Assembly: GCA_045568075.1 (NCBI GenBank)
Contig: JBJLBP010000001.1
Coordinates: 900,001 to 932,000 of the forward strand
Direction: 5' to 3'
Length of the DNA: 32,000 bases
From: Candidatus Thalassarchaeaceae archaeon
GTDB lineage: Archaea > Thermoplasmatota > Poseidoniia > Poseidoniales > Thalassarchaeaceae
Part shown: positions 31,193-32,000 of the stretch, piece after piece
Numbering within the stretch: the stretch's first letter is position 1
Layout of the letters: each line of letters opens with the position of its first letter
Translations under genes and position numbers: made by a program
The notes under the pieces: generated by a model
What the model saw: the letters and a program-made list of their open reading frames with translations, nothing else
What the model was told of the DNA's origin: nothing
Databases searched by the model: none

Positions 31193-32000
31193 ATGGGTCG
31201 TACTCCGAGACTTCTGGTTGCATTAATTCTCATCGGCTTACTGGCACTTCCAGTCATCGCGAATAGCCAGGGCCCACCTTATCTCAATGCCGAGAATGAC
31301 GAGACGGCCAAATACGGTTGCACCTGCCACGGTAACGCGGCACCCGGTGACCGTGCTGTTGTGATGATTTCAGGAGTGCCGGTGATGTATGATGCTGGTG
31401 CAGATTACGAGATGATTATCACGGTCGCTGATTCGGTCACCCTATCTGGTTCGGATGGCAATACGAAGGCAGGATTCCTCCTCACAGCGAATGGAATGGG
31501 AAGTTTCTCATGGGATTCTTCGGAGGGGATTCGCGAGGCTGAGGACAATCCAGAAGCAATCTCTCAAGATCAGACCGGAAATGGTGTTTGGACATTCACT
31601 TGGTCAGCACCTGCAAGTGATTCAGGTGCGGCACACTTCAGCCTCGTCGGTAATTCAGTGGACGCTAGCGGCTTGCCAGACGAGGGCGATTATTGGAACA
31701 TACTGACTTTCTCAATCAATGCCCCCGGAACTATAGCCGATGGTGACAGCGATGCAGTGCTACAAACTCGCACCATCGCAGTCGGCGATTATGAGACTCT
31801 ATTTGTCCTTGAAGAAAGTGAAGCTGAGAAGGAAGCAGAGCGCCAGAAGCATCTATCGGAAACAATTTTCGAAAAGGGCAATTTGTTCTACTGGACCTCA
31901 CTAACCGCTCTTCTTGTTGGTGCAGTTTTCCAGCGTGAAATCATGGAACGCCGATACGAAACCGGCCCTGAACATCTTGCTATGGAATTAGCCTATCCAC
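31193..32000 (+). CDS. Secreted protein with a reeler/DOMON-like domain (partial; runs off the right edge)
   Basis: Not in the ORF track because it has no stop in the window. The ATG at 31193 is preceded by AGGAAGGTGAG. The signal peptide is 'MGRTPRLLVALILIGLLALPVIANSQG'. The domain reads 'GCTCHGN...YEMIITV...KAGFLLTA...GVWTFTWSAPASDSGAAHFSLVGNSV...YW', and the GFLL / FTW-x-AP / YW spacing recalls reeler domains. A later TM helix is 'LFYWTSLTALLVGAVF'. Confidence 0.45.
   Translation, partial: MGRTPRLLVALILIGLLALPVIANSQGPPYLNAENDETAKYGCTCHGNAAPGDRAVVMISGVPVMYDAGADYEMIITVADSVTLSGSDGNTKAGFLLTANGMGSFSWDSSEGIREAEDNPEAISQDQTGNGVWTFTWSAPASDSGAAHFSLVGNSVDASGLPDEGDYWNILTFSINAPGTIADGDSDAVLQTRTIAVGDYETLFVLEESEAEKEAERQKHLSETIFEKGNLFYWTSLTALLVGAVFQREIMERRYETGPEHLAMELAYP

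Noticed and set aside
31310-31335. 'GCTCHG' as a c-type heme attachment site
   Set aside because: The motif is C-x-C-H, not the C-x2-C-H needed for covalent heme attachment.
1-32000. CRISPR arrays, IS elements, rRNA genes and long direct or inverted repeats
   Set aside because: I saw no regularly spaced repeat units and no transposase-like ORFs in the six-frame track. Nothing resembled 16S/23S/5S conserved blocks. The many antisense track ORFs inside pdxS, pntAA, pntB, mdh, the aCPSF1 gene and others are GC-driven shadows of the annotated genes.

Overview
The window is a gene-dense chromosomal segment of about 40 genes, most likely from an uncultured marine euryarchaeon. A Marine Group II / Poseidoniales-like host is my inference only. 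Archaeal informational and cell-biology genes are present: ribosomal protein eS1/S3Ae, proteasome beta, aCPSF1/FttA beta-CASP nuclease, ZPR1 zinc finger, a SepF-like protein, archaeal-type TrpRS, a DUF54 RNA-binding protein and tRNA-Pro(UGG). They are interleaved with bacterial-type metabolic genes: thyA-folA, a PlsC-family acyltransferase, Thermus/cytosolic-type malate dehydrogenase, three-gene PntAA/PntAB/PntB transhydrogenase, LemA and a Nudix hydrolase. I saw no rRNA, CRISPR array, transposase or integrase. The most unusual part is the left 7.5 kb. It holds three complete coiled-coil paralogues (COG1340-like) plus one truncated candidate. These bracket a plus-strand module of a CARDB-like surface protein with a cytoplasmic double zinc ribbon, a DtxR-family regulator, a tiny acidic polyproline protein and an orphan membrane protein. 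The two gene sets diverge from a symmetric promoter that contains a perfect 19-bp palindrome. Other notable items are an S3Ae with an acidic linker and SAP-like C-terminal domain, an AT-richer GIDE-like/LemA/DoxX-like block appended to thyA-folA, and a TrpRS with an insertion of about 100 aa. All functional calls rest on motifs read by eye from the supplied translations; no database search was possible.
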